From positions 32,001 through 96,000 of the forward strand of contig CAWDGJ010000007.1 in assembly GCA_963801815.1 (NCBI GenBank): DNA of 64,000 nucleotides, given 5' to 3'. The position numbers and the translations under genes were made by a program. The stretch's first letter is position 1. The number at the start of each line of letters is the position of its first letter. The stretch is from an uncultured Verrucomicrobiae bacterium (GTDB taxonomy: Bacteria > Verrucomicrobiota > Verrucomicrobiia > Chthoniobacterales > UBA10450). The notes below the pieces were generated by a model. That model was given only the letters and a program-made list of their open reading frames with translations, ran no database searches and had not been told where the DNA came from. This document shows positions 36,886-47,399 of the stretch, in pieces.

Positions 36886-38502
36886 GTGAAACCCAATTCA
36901 GCCCGTTACGAAACTTCTCGCCGCGTTGCCGCTTGGACCCTATTTGCCGCGATAATGATTGCCGTTGTGTGGGCTAGAATTCGCCTGGCAGGCCTTCCGT
37001 TGGAGCGCGATGAAGGTGAATACGCCTACACGGGGCAGCTGCTCTTGTCGGGCATCGCACCCTATAAGCTCGCCTATAGCATGAAGTTTCCTGGCACTTC
37101 TGCCGCGTATGCGGGACTGATGGCGATCTTCGGGGAGTCTATCACCGGCCTCCACGTCGGTCTGATCTTAGTCAATATTGCCACCATTGGAGTCATCTTC
37201 GTCCTCGCAAATCGTCTCCTCGGCGAGATTGCGGGAATCGCGTCTGCAAGCGCTTACGCCATGCTCTCACTAATGCCGTACGTGCTTGGTCAGGCGGCCC
37301 ACGCTACTCACTTCGTCGTCCTGTCAGCTCTCGCCGGCGCTCTCGTCTTGGAGCGCAGTTTGGATCGACAATTGATGAGCCGGATCTTCGGCAGCGGCTG
37401 CTTTTTTGGCCTCGCATTAATAATGAAGCAGCCCGGATTGTTCTTTGTAATTTTCGGCTCAGTATATCTTTTGAGCAGCGACTGGCGTCGCTTCGGTGTG
37501 CGTCTCGCGATCTCACGCCAGCTAATGTTTTTTTCGGGTGCGATTGTACCAATCGCTGTCACTTGTTTGTATCTCTGGGCATCCGGTGTGTTGGGGACGT
37601 TCTGGTTTTGGACAATCAAATACGCGGGCGAGTACGGCAGTCGGGTTTCGATCGGTGAAGGTTTTGGGATTTTCCTCGGACAGATTCCTTTGATCATCCA
37701 GAGGGCATGGCCGGTATGGCTTATCGCTGCTATTGGGCTCTGCTTATGTGTTATCGATAAAACGCTCCGGCCACGTCGCGGATTTCTCATAACGCTCTCT
37801 TTTTTTTCACTGCTGGCAGTGTGCCCAGGGTTCTATTTTCGGCCTCATTACTTCATTCTTCTTCTCCCGGCGATCTCTCTTTTAGCCGGCGCCGCCGTAA
37901 TGGCCGGCTCGAACTTCGTGAATTCGAAAGCACCGAGTCTTCGCTTTGTTCCCATTCTCGTATTCGCGGCGGCAGTGGCGTGGCCTATCTGGAGAGAAGC
38001 CGATTTCTTTTTCGAACGTCCGGTGCGCGAGGCAAACCTCATGGTAAACGGCACAAATCCATTCCCGGAATCGATCAGGATTGGCGAATACATTCGTTCT
38101 CAATCCAACCCAGCAGACACGATCGCAGTATTGGGCTCGGAGCCACAAATTTACTTCTATGCTCATCGTCACTCTGCGACGGGATACATCTACACCTACG
38201 GGTTAATGGAGCCTCAGCCGTACGCTCATCGCATGCAGGAGGAGATGATTCGTGAAATCGAGGCCGCCCATCCGCGCTTTCTCGTTCTGGTCGTCATAAA
38301 TAAATCCTGGCTTGCTGGCAGGGATTCGGACCGGACAATTTTTAAATGGGCCGACGCTTACTCCGACACGAACTACGAGGAAATCGGACTGATCAATATT
38401 TTTGAAAGCGGCTCCGACTACTATTTTTCAGCCCGTCCAGCCGGCGTGCAGCTAGCGCCGGATCACATTTTGATTTACCGGAGAAAGGCATCGAGCAGCT
38501 AA
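36886..38502 (+). CDS. GT-C glycosyltransferase (ArnT/PMT_2, GT39/83-like)
   Basis: PLERDEGEYAY, MKFPG, MKQPG, FYFRPHYF, GSEPQIYFY; start uncertain (36808-36886). Confidence 0.8.
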   Translation: MKPNSARYETSRRVAAWTLFAAIMIAVVWARIRLAGLPLERDEGEYAYTGQLLLSGIAPYKLAYSMKFPGTSAAYAGLMAIFGESITGLHVGLILVNIATIGVIFVLANRLLGEIAGIASASAYAMLSLMPYVLGQAAHATHFVVLSALAGALVLERSLDRQLMSRIFGSGCFFGLALIMKQPGLFFVIFGSVYLLSSDWRRFGVRLAISRQLMFFSGAIVPIAVTCLYLWASGVLGTFWFWTIKYAGEYGSRVSIGEGFGIFLGQIPLIIQRAWPVWLIAAIGLCLCVIDKTLRPRRGFLITLSFFSLLAVCPGFYFRPHYFILLLPAISLLAGAAVMAGSNFVNSKAPSLRFVPILVFAAAVAWPIWREADFFFERPVREANLMVNGTNPFPESIRIGEYIRSQSNPADTIAVLGSEPQIYFYAHRHSATGYIYTYGLMEPQPYAHRMQEEMIREIEAAHPRFLVLVVINKSWLAGRDSDRTIFKWADAYSDTNYEEIGLINIFESGSDYYFSARPAGVQLAPDHILIYRRKASSS

Positions 38503-40211
38503 TGTTGGCTCGGCTCCGGGAGACAGTGCATTCACACTGGCCATTCGCCGCGGTAGCCCTCATAGGAGCCCTGTTCATCTTCACAAATCTCGGAACTGAT
38601 TATTTATGGGAAGATGAGGGGGACACCGCGGTCCTCGCCTCGAACATCTTAAAGTTTGGAGTGCCCAAGGCGTGGGATGGAAGGGCTTTTCTCGATTCAG
38701 ACCATAGTGCCCGGCTGAACCGCAACCTGGTGATGGTCACGCATCCGTGGGTTCAATATTACCTGACCGCGGCCTCATTTCTCGTCTTCGGTCAAAACAC
38801 ATTTGCCGCGCGAGTTCCTTTCGCGATCGCGGGCTGGATATCAATTCTGCTCGCTTATGCGTTCATGTGGCGTTCTACGCAAAGTCGTCTCACTGCGTTC
38901 TTCACCGCGGCTCTCCTCACACTTTCGGTGCAGTTCCTACTGTACGCGCGGCAATCTCGTTATTGCGCCCTCAATCTGCTCCTGGTGATTTGGCTGTTTT
39001 GGTCTTTCCTCAAAATGAAGTCCGCACGTCACTGTGTGTCCTTTGTCCTCGCGGCAATCTTATTGTTTCACACTCACCCCTACGGGATCGCACCGACAGT
39101 CGCGCTTTGCGTACTCAGTCTGTTTTACCGGCCATTCGCCGGTCAGCGACAAACTATTTGGTTCGCCGTGCCCGCGATAGCACTTTTTACTTTTCCCTGG
39201 CTTGCCGTTTCGTCGCTCACTTCAAGGGGCTCCGAGTTGAACACCGCGTCGGTAAAATCGATTGGCGAATTTATTGAACGCTTTGCGCAAGCTTTCATCG
39301 AATGCTCTTCAGTCACACCACTCATCGGAAGCCTGATTCTTCTTATCGGAGCCACAATTTGGAAGAACCGAAAAGTAGAACCTCTGCTCGGTACCAATGA
39401 GGCCTCGATCGTTCTGGGCGCTCTCGCGACGATTCTCGTTTACATCATCGGGACGGCGATCACCCAACCAAGCGACAGTCTTTGGCTCGTCGGAATCCGT
39501 TACGCCTCGCCGGTGCTTCCGCTTACGGCGATGGTCGCCGCCATTGCGATCGTCAAGATATCACGCGGCCGAACGCTGATCGCGCTCGCCTTGCTGTTCG
39601 TTTTTGCATTCACCAAATTCGCGCAGCTCACGCCGTGGGTTGCCTTCAATCCGAGTGGCTTTTTTAGTTTCGGTAAATACTCAGTTGGGGCACATGTCCC
39701 CGCGAAAATTGGGGACCGCTTTCTGGGGAGCGGGCTGTTCATGTTTGCTCGCGACCTGTGGCGCGAAAACCCTGGGACATTGGAGAAAAGCTGCAAGTTT
39801 CTGCAGCAAAATGCAAAACCGGGAGACGTTGTAATCGTGAACTATGGAATGGAACCCACCTACTTCTATACGCGCTTGCCGCAGGCGATGGGCATTCTCC
39901 AAAGCTACCCGGTTTACCAACGGGCGCGTGAATTGGGACTTCCAGAATTCGTCTTCGGCGTGGATCACGCCCGATGGGTCGTCTGGCGTTCGGCTTGGGA
40001 AAGTGGCCCGGGTTACGCGATTAACGACGTGCTCAAGGAGCTTGTCCAACGCGGTGGTCGAATCACTACAGTCCTGGAAATGGAAGAAACCGTTTGGGAA
40101 AATCGCGAGGACATTCATTTTCACCGTTTTTCTGACGACTTTTACTTATTTCCTCGAACTCAAACATTTCCCAAGTCATGGGTGGCGCGCGTAGACTGGC
40201 CGGGCGACTGA
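38502..40211 (+). CDS. GT-C glycosyltransferase (ArnT/PMT_2-like)
   Basis: LWEDEGDT, HPWVQYY, FAARVPF, YARQSRY; TAATG overlap with the upstream gene. Confidence 0.8.
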   Translation: MLARLRETVHSHWPFAAVALIGALFIFTNLGTDYLWEDEGDTAVLASNILKFGVPKAWDGRAFLDSDHSARLNRNLVMVTHPWVQYYLTAASFLVFGQNTFAARVPFAIAGWISILLAYAFMWRSTQSRLTAFFTAALLTLSVQFLLYARQSRYCALNLLLVIWLFWSFLKMKSARHCVSFVLAAILLFHTHPYGIAPTVALCVLSLFYRPFAGQRQTIWFAVPAIALFTFPWLAVSSLTSRGSELNTASVKSIGEFIERFAQAFIECSSVTPLIGSLILLIGATIWKNRKVEPLLGTNEASIVLGALATILVYIIGTAITQPSDSLWLVGIRYASPVLPLTAMVAAIAIVKISRGRTLIALALLFVFAFTKFAQLTPWVAFNPSGFFSFGKYSVGAHVPAKIGDRFLGSGLFMFARDLWRENPGTLEKSCKFLQQNAKPGDVVIVNYGMEPTYFYTRLPQAMGILQSYPVYQRARELGLPEFVFGVDHARWVVWRSAWESGPGYAINDVLKELVQRGGRITTVLEMEETVWENREDIHFHRFSDDFYLFPRTQTFPKSWVARVDWPGD

Positions 40212-40233
40212 GCCAGTCTTGAATTTTAACCGG

Positions 40234-40959
40234 TTATTTCCGGGCGATTGCCAACAGCGCGACACCGAATGGAAATGAGATTCGGCGAACCAGGCGCAAT
40301 TCAACCGCCATGATTTGCGCGAGCATTCGTTGCAAAAACGATGGCTCACTTCCCTCAAAATCGCGGCCCATTTTCGAGCCACTGAGAGTCCGTGCTACGA
40401 CCGCCAGTGGAAACAGCAGTGTGGTCCAATAGGTCAATCGCCGGATTGTGAAATTCTGGTCGAGAAGCAATTTGCGGATTTCTGGTTTCCGAAACCGGCG
40501 CGCAGTCATGACCGCTTCGTCGTGGGCGCTGTGCAGAAATCGAAATGCGGGAACATTAATGAGAAGCAGCCCACCGGGGCGAAGAACTCGGCGCATTTCA
40601 CGAACGGCGCCTGCAACGTCGTTGACCCATTGATGATAAAGAACGCTCGAACAAATCACTGCGTCGAACGAGCCGTCCGCGAACGGCAATGTGCAAATGT
40701 CCCCTTGTCGCACGTTGTTGAGCCCTCTGCGCCGGCAAATTGAAATCGCCTCGGGCGACAAATCGATCCCGACATTCTTTTCCGGATCGTCTAGCCGCTG
40801 CAAGATGGCACCGGTGCCGCAACCAGCGTCGAGGATTTGTTTTTCCCGCCAGTCCGGCAACTCCGTTTCCAGAGTTTGAAAGATCAGCCGATGCAACGCG
40901 CCGTACCACCAATGCGTTTCCTCGACGCGGAGCATTGTTTCATATTCTTCCTTCTCCAC
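40234..40959 (-). CDS. Class I SAM-dependent methyltransferase
   Basis: EETHWWY, ILDAGCGTG, LPFADGSFD, VLRPGG, HDEAV; start uncertain. Confidence 0.85.
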   Translation of the reverse strand: MEKEEYETMLRVEETHWWYGALHRLIFQTLETELPDWREKQILDAGCGTGAILQRLDDPEKNVGIDLSPEAISICRRRGLNNVRQGDICTLPFADGSFDAVICSSVLYHQWVNDVAGAVREMRRVLRPGGLLLINVPAFRFLHSAHDEAVMTARRFRKPEIRKLLLDQNFTIRRLTYWTTLLFPLAVVARTLSGSKMGRDFEGSEPSFLQRMLAQIMAVELRLVRRISFPFGVALLAIARK

Positions 40960-41027
40960 GGCCTTCAGCTCACTGAACTTCTGCCTGCACGGTCTTCCCG
41001 CGAAGAACATTCACTCGACATCCGGAT

Positions 41028-42026
41028 TCATCTCGTGCTGCTCTCATCCTGCCTCGCGACGCGCGAACCCTCCGTTTTTGCGCCATCACGGATCGCATAA
41101 CGAATCACGTACTGGGGCGTGCCGGTTTGGTCGAGATAAAGCCGGCCGAGATATTCGCCCACCAGACCGAGAATCATCAGCTGGATCCCGGCAAGCAACA
41201 CAATCGTTCCCAACACCGTGGGAATTCCAAGTGTCACATTCGGGGTAATCCAAAGCCGGTCGATCAAAATCACGATGAGGGCGACCACGCTCAAACAAGA
41301 AGTGAGCAATCCGACATAAATAGAAAGCCGAAGTGGCTTAATGGAAAAATTCAGAAACATATTGAGCCACAGCCTGATCAGCTTTCGAAACGTGTACCGC
41401 GACGGACCGCTCTCGCTGGCGCGATGCTCCACCGGTATTTGGCCAATGTTACGCGTAACGCGATAAATCAAGCCATCGGTATACGGATATGGCCCGTGAT
41501 ACTTGATGATCTCGTTTACCACAAAGCGGTTCATCACTTTGAAGCTCGAGAGATACAGATCGCTCGGTTTGTGCAGCATGAGGGTTGCGATTCGATCGTT
41601 GAACCGGCTTCCAGCGTTACGAAACCAGGAATGCTTCTTTTCGATGTAATGACCGTAAACCACGTCATAGTTCTTGCGTTTCAATTCGTCCAACATTCGC
41701 TTCACTTCTTCCGGCGGGTTCTGGCCGTCGTCATCAAGGACTGCGATGTAACGCCCGCGCGCTTGCTTAAAGCCGGCAAGCACGGCGTTGTGCTCGCCAA
41801 AATTCCGGCTCAAGTGTACGAACACCACCGTTTGCGGAAATTTCTCCGCCAAGTTTGCGCAGACTGCTTCGGTCTCGTCTTCCGACCCGTCGTTCACCAG
41901 GACAACTTCGAAAGGGGACGATCCAAAGGTGGCCATTACTTGATCGACCAGCGGGCCGATGGTGCGGCTCCCGTTGTAAACGGGAATCACCAGCGATAAG
42001 TCGGGCATTGTTTCGTCAGGCATCAC
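41028..42026 (-). CDS. GT2 polyprenyl-phosphate glycosyltransferase (ArnC/GtrB-like)
   Basis: VIPVYN, VNDGSED, RNFGEHNA, LDDDGQNPP, two C-terminal TMs, GLVGEYLGR. Confidence 0.9.
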   Translation of the reverse strand: MMPDETMPDLSLVIPVYNGSRTIGPLVDQVMATFGSSPFEVVLVNDGSEDETEAVCANLAEKFPQTVVFVHLSRNFGEHNAVLAGFKQARGRYIAVLDDDGQNPPEEVKRMLDELKRKNYDVVYGHYIEKKHSWFRNAGSRFNDRIATLMLHKPSDLYLSSFKVMNRFVVNEIIKYHGPYPYTDGLIYRVTRNIGQIPVEHRASESGPSRYTFRKLIRLWLNMFLNFSIKPLRLSIYVGLLTSCLSVVALIVILIDRLWITPNVTLGIPTVLGTIVLLAGIQLMILGLVGEYLGRLYLDQTGTPQYVIRYAIRDGAKTEGSRVARQDESSTR

Positions 42027-42112
42027 GGTAGAAGTTAACGGCTAACCGATTGTGCCAAAAAAAGCGCGAAAAGTTATAGAAAATCTTTTGGGGAGCGACC
42101 TACAATTGCCCA

Positions 42113-43120
42113 GTGCCGCGGGACTATGACATTTTTGCGGGGGCCGATGTTCTCATAACCGGCGGCCTGGGATTTATCGGGTCGGCGTTGGCCCGACGAC
42201 TGGTCGGCCTCAAAGCCAGGGTGACCCTCGTAGACAGCCTGATCCCCGAATATGGTGGAAACGTTTTCAACATCCATGACATCCGCGACCGCGTGACTGT
42301 CGATCTCACCGACGTCCGGGACGCCGCCGCCATGGCTGCGCTCATCAAGAAGCGACACTTTCTGTTCAACCTCGCTGGTCAGACCAGTCATGTTGATTCC
42401 ATGACCGATCCATTGACCGACTTGAACATCAACGCCGCGGCGCAGTTGCAAATTTTGGAAGCGTGCCGTTTGCACAACCGCGACGTGAAGATTGTTTTCG
42501 CCAGTACGCGTCAAGTTTACGGGCGACCGAAATATCTGCCGGTTGACGAAAAGCACCCGATCAATCCGGTCGACGTTAATGGAATCAATAAGCTTGCCGG
42601 CGAATGGTACCACCTGCTTTATAATGACGTTTACCAAATTCGCGCGTGCGCTCTGCGGCTGACCAACACTTACGGCCCCGGCATGCGGGTAAAGGACGCG
42701 CGCCAGACCTTTCTCGGGATCTGGATTCGTCAGTTGATCGACAACAGGCCAATCCAGGTTTTTGGGACCGGCGAACAGCGTCGGGACTTTGATTTCGTGA
42801 GCGATGTCGTGGAAGCGCTGCTGTGCGCCGCGATCAGCGAAAAGTCCGACGGCCAGGTATTTAACCTCGGCCATCGCGAGAATGTGAGTTTGAAGGAATT
42901 AGCGGAACTGCTCGTTCGAATTAACGGCGGGGGCCGTTACGACTTGGTTCCGTTCCCGGAAGACCGAAAGACGATCGATATCGGCGACTATTACTCGGAC
43001 TTTACCAAGATCGAAAAATCGCTCGGCTGGACTCCAAAAGTGACGCTCGAGCAGGGATTACAAGAGACGCTCGATTACTATCGAGCAAATCACAATCATT
43101 ACTGGAATGACCAAGCCTGA
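42113..43120 (+). CDS. NAD-dependent epimerase/dehydratase
   Basis: TGGLGFIG, FNLAGQ, FASTRQVYG, NGINK, RLTNTYGP. Confidence 0.9.
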   Translation: MPRDYDIFAGADVLITGGLGFIGSALARRLVGLKARVTLVDSLIPEYGGNVFNIHDIRDRVTVDLTDVRDAAAMAALIKKRHFLFNLAGQTSHVDSMTDPLTDLNINAAAQLQILEACRLHNRDVKIVFASTRQVYGRPKYLPVDEKHPINPVDVNGINKLAGEWYHLLYNDVYQIRACALRLTNTYGPGMRVKDARQTFLGIWIRQLIDNRPIQVFGTGEQRRDFDFVSDVVEALLCAAISEKSDGQVFNLGHRENVSLKELAELLVRINGGGRYDLVPFPEDRKTIDIGDYYSDFTKIEKSLGWTPKVTLEQGLQETLDYYRANHNHYWNDQA

Positions 43121-43126
43121 AAGCGT

Positions 43127-44779
43127 TCAACGCTTTTGGCGTTGATCAAGCTCGTTCGCTCGCTTGAATTCACGAGCCGCACGTTCCGTTTCACCCTTTT
43201 GTTGAAACGCTACGCCAAGGTTGTAATGCGCGTTGGAATCGTCTGGCCGAATTGTTAATGCCTTCGCATATTCGCCGATGGCCTGATCAACTTCGTTCTT
43301 AACAAGGAACGCATTGCCGAGCACGACATGGGTGTCGGGCTCGTTCGGCAGAAGTGCCAATGCAGATTCGCATTCCTGGATTGCGTTATCTACCTGGCCC
43401 TGGTTAAGCAAAGCGCTTCCGAGATTGTAGTGCGCTTCAGGGTAGTCCGGATGGAGCCGGAGCGATCGCTCATAATTTTCAATCGCATCCTCGACTTGTC
43501 CCTTTTCCAACTGAACAACTCCCAGATTGTTGTAAGCGATCCAGGACTTTGGGTCCTTTGCGATTGTCATTCTCCAAAGTGTCTCGATGTCCCGATAAGT
43601 TGCGCTTTGTCGAACGGTCAGAAAGCTTAGGCAAGCCAGCACGACCAACGCTCCGGTGCACTCAATCCATCGCCCGTTCTTGATCTTGTCCGTGAATCGA
43701 ACAAAGGCACTGCATGCGAGGGTGATCGGCCCAATGCAGGCAAGATACTGATAATGGTCCGCGACGAACGTGTAACGGAAAGTATAAAGCATGACGAACC
43801 CGAGCAATGGGCCCAACGTGGCAACGAAAAACAACGCCGCGACTTCCGGCCCTCTCCCAAAACGACGCCGCGCCAACCAAATGAAGACAGCTAATATGAT
43901 CGTCAGCAACAGCCAGGCATAAGCAGCCGGATCCGCCGGGCTGATTCTCCACTGCGGATAAATAAAGATGAGGTCAGAGGGCCAAACGATTTTGCTGAGA
44001 TAAAAGCAGATAGCGCGACTCGCGATCAACAATCGATCCAATGGTGCAACCGAAACGAGGAAACGCGTACCTTGATGAAATTCTTCCCACCAAATTGCGA
44101 TGAGTCCGACCAAAATGGCCAGAGCCACAAAAGGGGCGACTTCGAGCACGGCTTTACGGCCAATCGGCCGGTGTTGCCACCATAGAATCAAAAGCAACGC
44201 CGCCGGGAGCGTACAGGCGGTCGACTTGGCGGCGAGCGCCAGGAAACAGGAAATCAGGGCGGCAATGTAAAAAATCCACCGCCGCTTGCCGCGTGGGTCG
44301 ACATATTCAATCCAACCCAGCAAGGTAAGCAGGAAAAAGAACCCCATCAGAAGGTTCTTTAGCTCCGAGATCCATGCCACCGACTCGACCTGCACTGGGT
44401 GCAACGCGAAGATCGTGGCGGCAAGCCACGCGCCCGGCACATTGAGCCGCGTCAGGACGCGCCAGACCAGAAGCGCGTTCGCAACGTGAAAAAGGAGGTT
44501 CACCCAGTGGTAGCCGGCTGGACTTAAATCCCAGAGCGAGCGTTCGATTCTCAGCACCGTGTAGGTAAGCGGAAAGTATTGTGAGGGCGCCTCAACTGAA
44601 AACCAAATCCGCCTCAAACCGTCCGGCGCAATTAGTAGGGGGTTCTTGGTAACATAATAGTCGTCATCCCAGATGAATCCAGCATTCCAAACGGGTCGAT
44701 ACGTCAAAATCGTAAGACCGCAAAGCAACAGCGCCAGGAAAACGGTTCGCGTTGCCGTTCTGTTCCCGAGTTTGATCAT
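43127..44779 (-). CDS. TMTC-like membrane glycosyltransferase with C-terminal TPRs
   Basis: FIWDDDYYVTKNP, YFPLT, HPVQVESVAWISELK, ADHYQY, TPRs (AYNNLG, AHYNLG). Confidence 0.8.
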   Translation of the reverse strand: MIKLGNRTATRTVFLALLLCGLTILTYRPVWNAGFIWDDDYYVTKNPLLIAPDGLRRIWFSVEAPSQYFPLTYTVLRIERSLWDLSPAGYHWVNLLFHVANALLVWRVLTRLNVPGAWLAATIFALHPVQVESVAWISELKNLLMGFFFLLTLLGWIEYVDPRGKRRWIFYIAALISCFLALAAKSTACTLPAALLLILWWQHRPIGRKAVLEVAPFVALAILVGLIAIWWEEFHQGTRFLVSVAPLDRLLIASRAICFYLSKIVWPSDLIFIYPQWRISPADPAAYAWLLLTIILAVFIWLARRRFGRGPEVAALFFVATLGPLLGFVMLYTFRYTFVADHYQYLACIGPITLACSAFVRFTDKIKNGRWIECTGALVVLACLSFLTVRQSATYRDIETLWRMTIAKDPKSWIAYNNLGVVQLEKGQVEDAIENYERSLRLHPDYPEAHYNLGSALLNQGQVDNAIQECESALALLPNEPDTHVVLGNAFLVKNEVDQAIGEYAKALTIRPDDSNAHYNLGVAFQQKGETERAAREFKRANELDQRQKR

Positions 44780-44833
44780 GCCGCAGAGTTCTGGTAACGG
44801 TCGAAATCTAAGCGTTGCGAGACCTCTTGTGGC

Positions 44834-47260
44834 TCATTCTTTGTCAACAGAACGTGGCGGGCCAAACTGTTCCTGAAGAACATCTCGCTCAAGCTCTGGA
44901 GGCGGACCATCAAGGGCGAGAGAGAGATCCTTGTCGGTAAGATGATAGACCAGCATCGAATAGCCGATGTTGTCGTCCGGCCTCCGGTGACGCAAGAAGG
45001 CAGCCAGACGGTGAAAGCGCAGCCGTTCGTACGTTTCCAGGGCCAAGTTCCATTTTTGCGGCTCAAGCTGGGGCAAAATCGTGCTCCGCCCGACCGGATC
45101 ATCAGACAGCAGCGATTTTGTCAACTGGACCGCGTTCTGGTATTGCTTCTCCAGGCGCTGATTCCAATTGCCGAATGTTCCCCATCGAGGAAGTGTAACT
45201 GGCTGAAGCAATGTAGCGTTGATGATATACGTACCACCTGTCAAACGTAGCGCGCTTGGTTTCTTAATTACAACGACAGAAACTTTATCACCCAGTCGCG
45301 CGTTCCCGAATACCTGATCATCATATTCCGGCTCGCGCTGGAAGAAATCGTAAAGTAGGGCGTCAGCTTGGTCGGCCGGAAATTCCAGTGTTTGTACAGG
45401 TGGTTGCCGATACCTACCGGGAACGCAATATCCCAAAATGGCTGGGATGCGGTAGTAGAGGGGATTAGCATCTCCGCCGCAGTATGACAGATATACCGGC
45501 TGGGGCGGATGCTTCTTTTCTATATAATCCCGGACTAGCGGCAGGTCCTGGCCCCAATCGAGCGAGCTATCGACCAGATGCCGGTAGGCCTGTTCCGGTG
45601 TAACAATCCCGTTGAAGTAGGCCAGATAATGCGGAAATCGATAGGCAATTTCGGAGACAAGTACAATAAGACTGACGACCAATAGTCCGCGCGTCGCAGG
45701 TAAAAAGCGGTTGCGCGCTAAGGGCGAGACCTTTCGATTCTTTGTAGAGGCATCAAACCAATAGCCTGCCGCTCCACACAATATGAACAGCGGAGGATAC
45801 GTCGGCAAAATATGCCGATGTCCAATGTTAAGATGAGATGAAATGGCGGTCGCCCAGTAGACTGCAAGCAAAACCCACAGGGGGAGTGTCTGATAAAAGC
45901 CCTCTGCTAACTGAGCACGCCATTTCGCACCAGCCTGTTTAAGACCACGAACTGTTGCTCCGATAGCAATCAGAATGATCACAAAGACTGCCAGGGGCGT
46001 TTTCACCAAGAATGTGTATGGAAAAAAAGCGTGGAAGCCGAACAAGCTAAACTGCCCATTCAGAAAAGCCGCGCGCTCGAGAGAGTTGTGCCACGAGTGC
46101 GCAAATCCGTAGATATAGGCCTCCGGCAAAAGGTGGTAGTGCCGCATTGATTCAAGAACCCGGGCAACCATGCGCGGCGGCGGCGACTGTAGTAATTGTT
46201 CCAGGCGCTCACGCTGTTCCGTGGTGAGCACTTCACTCTTAACGTCATCGATCGCTTTGAGAGACTCGACTGTCCAAAGCTCGCGCTCGGCGCCATCGCG
46301 CTTAACAACGCGTTCGACTTCGCCGCGTTGGGCTGAACTAAGATTTAGTTGATCAAGAAGAGCACCCGGTAGGCTCTTTTCCAGCACTTCCTCCCACGTC
46401 TCGCCACTTGTCCAGTTACCGTCAGGGATTTTAGGAGAAAATGCCGAGTAACGGAAACCGTAAACTGCCCAGACTGTTATCAGAACGAGAATCGAATGGA
46501 CAAAGATCGCGATTGCGAACGCGGTCAACCGACTGGATCGGGACCGCACCGATCCTGATCTGAGCACGGTCACCGGGAGAGGCGCGGGATGAATGGTTCG
46601 GGCAACAATCAGAATCAGCGCCATGGGTATGATCAACACGCCCGACATCTTTGACACAAAAAGAGCACCCATTGTTAACCCACTCACAACAAGGCGCCCA
46701 AGGGTCAGTCGCTGCAGCAATCGCCACCAAGCCCAAATTGCGGCGAGAAAAAACAGGGCTGCTACCGTATCTGACGTCATCAAGGCGCCGTTCGCGAGGA
46801 TCGATGGATTAAAAACGTAAAGCACCAACGAGATCATCCCGCCTGCGACTCCGAACAGTTGTCGCGACCATTGCCACACCAAGAAACCGAGGATGACTGC
46901 GAGGACACCGCAAGCTGCCCGGCCACGGAAATCCATCGCATCTATGTCGTTACCGGGCTCGTTAAACCATTGCCAGGCGAGCTGCCATTCATCGGCCGTC
47001 CGCCAGATGTTGCTGTCGATTGGTGGAAATCTGTAATTGCCGAGAACCAATGGCAGGGCCATAACCCGCTGCGAAAGGTTGGCGTTCTCCGGATCAAATC
47101 GGTAATCGTTGAAGCACCAGTAAGCGTAACCGGCAGCCGCGTGGATGCCTTCATCGGACGTCTGGCTGGTATTACGCAGACTGGCCAGCATGAAGAGCCA
47201 GAAAAAAACGAGAAGTGCGGAGCCGACTAGCAAACTCTTGCCACGCAGTTCACGAATCAC
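44834..47260 (-). CDS. GT-C glycosyltransferase (PMT_2-like), 808 aa
   Basis: TSDEGIH, DPEN, NGALMTSD, LNIGHRHILP, LAYFN, DSSLDWGQDL. Confidence 0.8.
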   Translation of the reverse strand: MIRELRGKSLLVGSALLVFFWLFMLASLRNTSQTSDEGIHAAAGYAYWCFNDYRFDPENANLSQRVMALPLVLGNYRFPPIDSNIWRTADEWQLAWQWFNEPGNDIDAMDFRGRAACGVLAVILGFLVWQWSRQLFGVAGGMISLVLYVFNPSILANGALMTSDTVAALFFLAAIWAWWRLLQRLTLGRLVVSGLTMGALFVSKMSGVLIIPMALILIVARTIHPAPLPVTVLRSGSVRSRSSRLTAFAIAIFVHSILVLITVWAVYGFRYSAFSPKIPDGNWTSGETWEEVLEKSLPGALLDQLNLSSAQRGEVERVVKRDGAERELWTVESLKAIDDVKSEVLTTEQRERLEQLLQSPPPRMVARVLESMRHYHLLPEAYIYGFAHSWHNSLERAAFLNGQFSLFGFHAFFPYTFLVKTPLAVFVIILIAIGATVRGLKQAGAKWRAQLAEGFYQTLPLWVLLAVYWATAISSHLNIGHRHILPTYPPLFILCGAAGYWFDASTKNRKVSPLARNRFLPATRGLLVVSLIVLVSEIAYRFPHYLAYFNGIVTPEQAYRHLVDSSLDWGQDLPLVRDYIEKKHPPQPVYLSYCGGDANPLYYRIPAILGYCVPGRYRQPPVQTLEFPADQADALLYDFFQREPEYDDQVFGNARLGDKVSVVVIKKPSALRLTGGTYIINATLLQPVTLPRWGTFGNWNQRLEKQYQNAVQLTKSLLSDDPVGRSTILPQLEPQKWNLALETYERLRFHRLAAFLRHRRPDDNIGYSMLVYHLTDKDLSLALDGPPPELERDVLQEQFGPPRSVDKE

Positions 47261-47348
47261 GAGTTAGTATACCCTCGGCGCGTTGGGCAGCGAGATTTTT
47301 GCCGCCGCTACTAAATCCGCTCAACAGTGTGCGATCCTGAAAAGCAAA

Positions 47349-47373
47349 CGGCCGGGTCACACTGACCCGGCCG
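47349..47373 (-). terminator. Terminator hairpin downstream of the TBDR
   Basis: cggccgggtca-cac-tgacccggccg followed by a T-rich tract on the minus strand. Confidence 0.7.
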
Positions 47374-47399
47374 CTGAAATCACAACTTTCTACAGGAGT

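Noticed and set aside
42042..42057. TGGCAC sigma54-like -24 element upstream of the GT2
   Set aside because: The -12 position reads TA instead of the required GC
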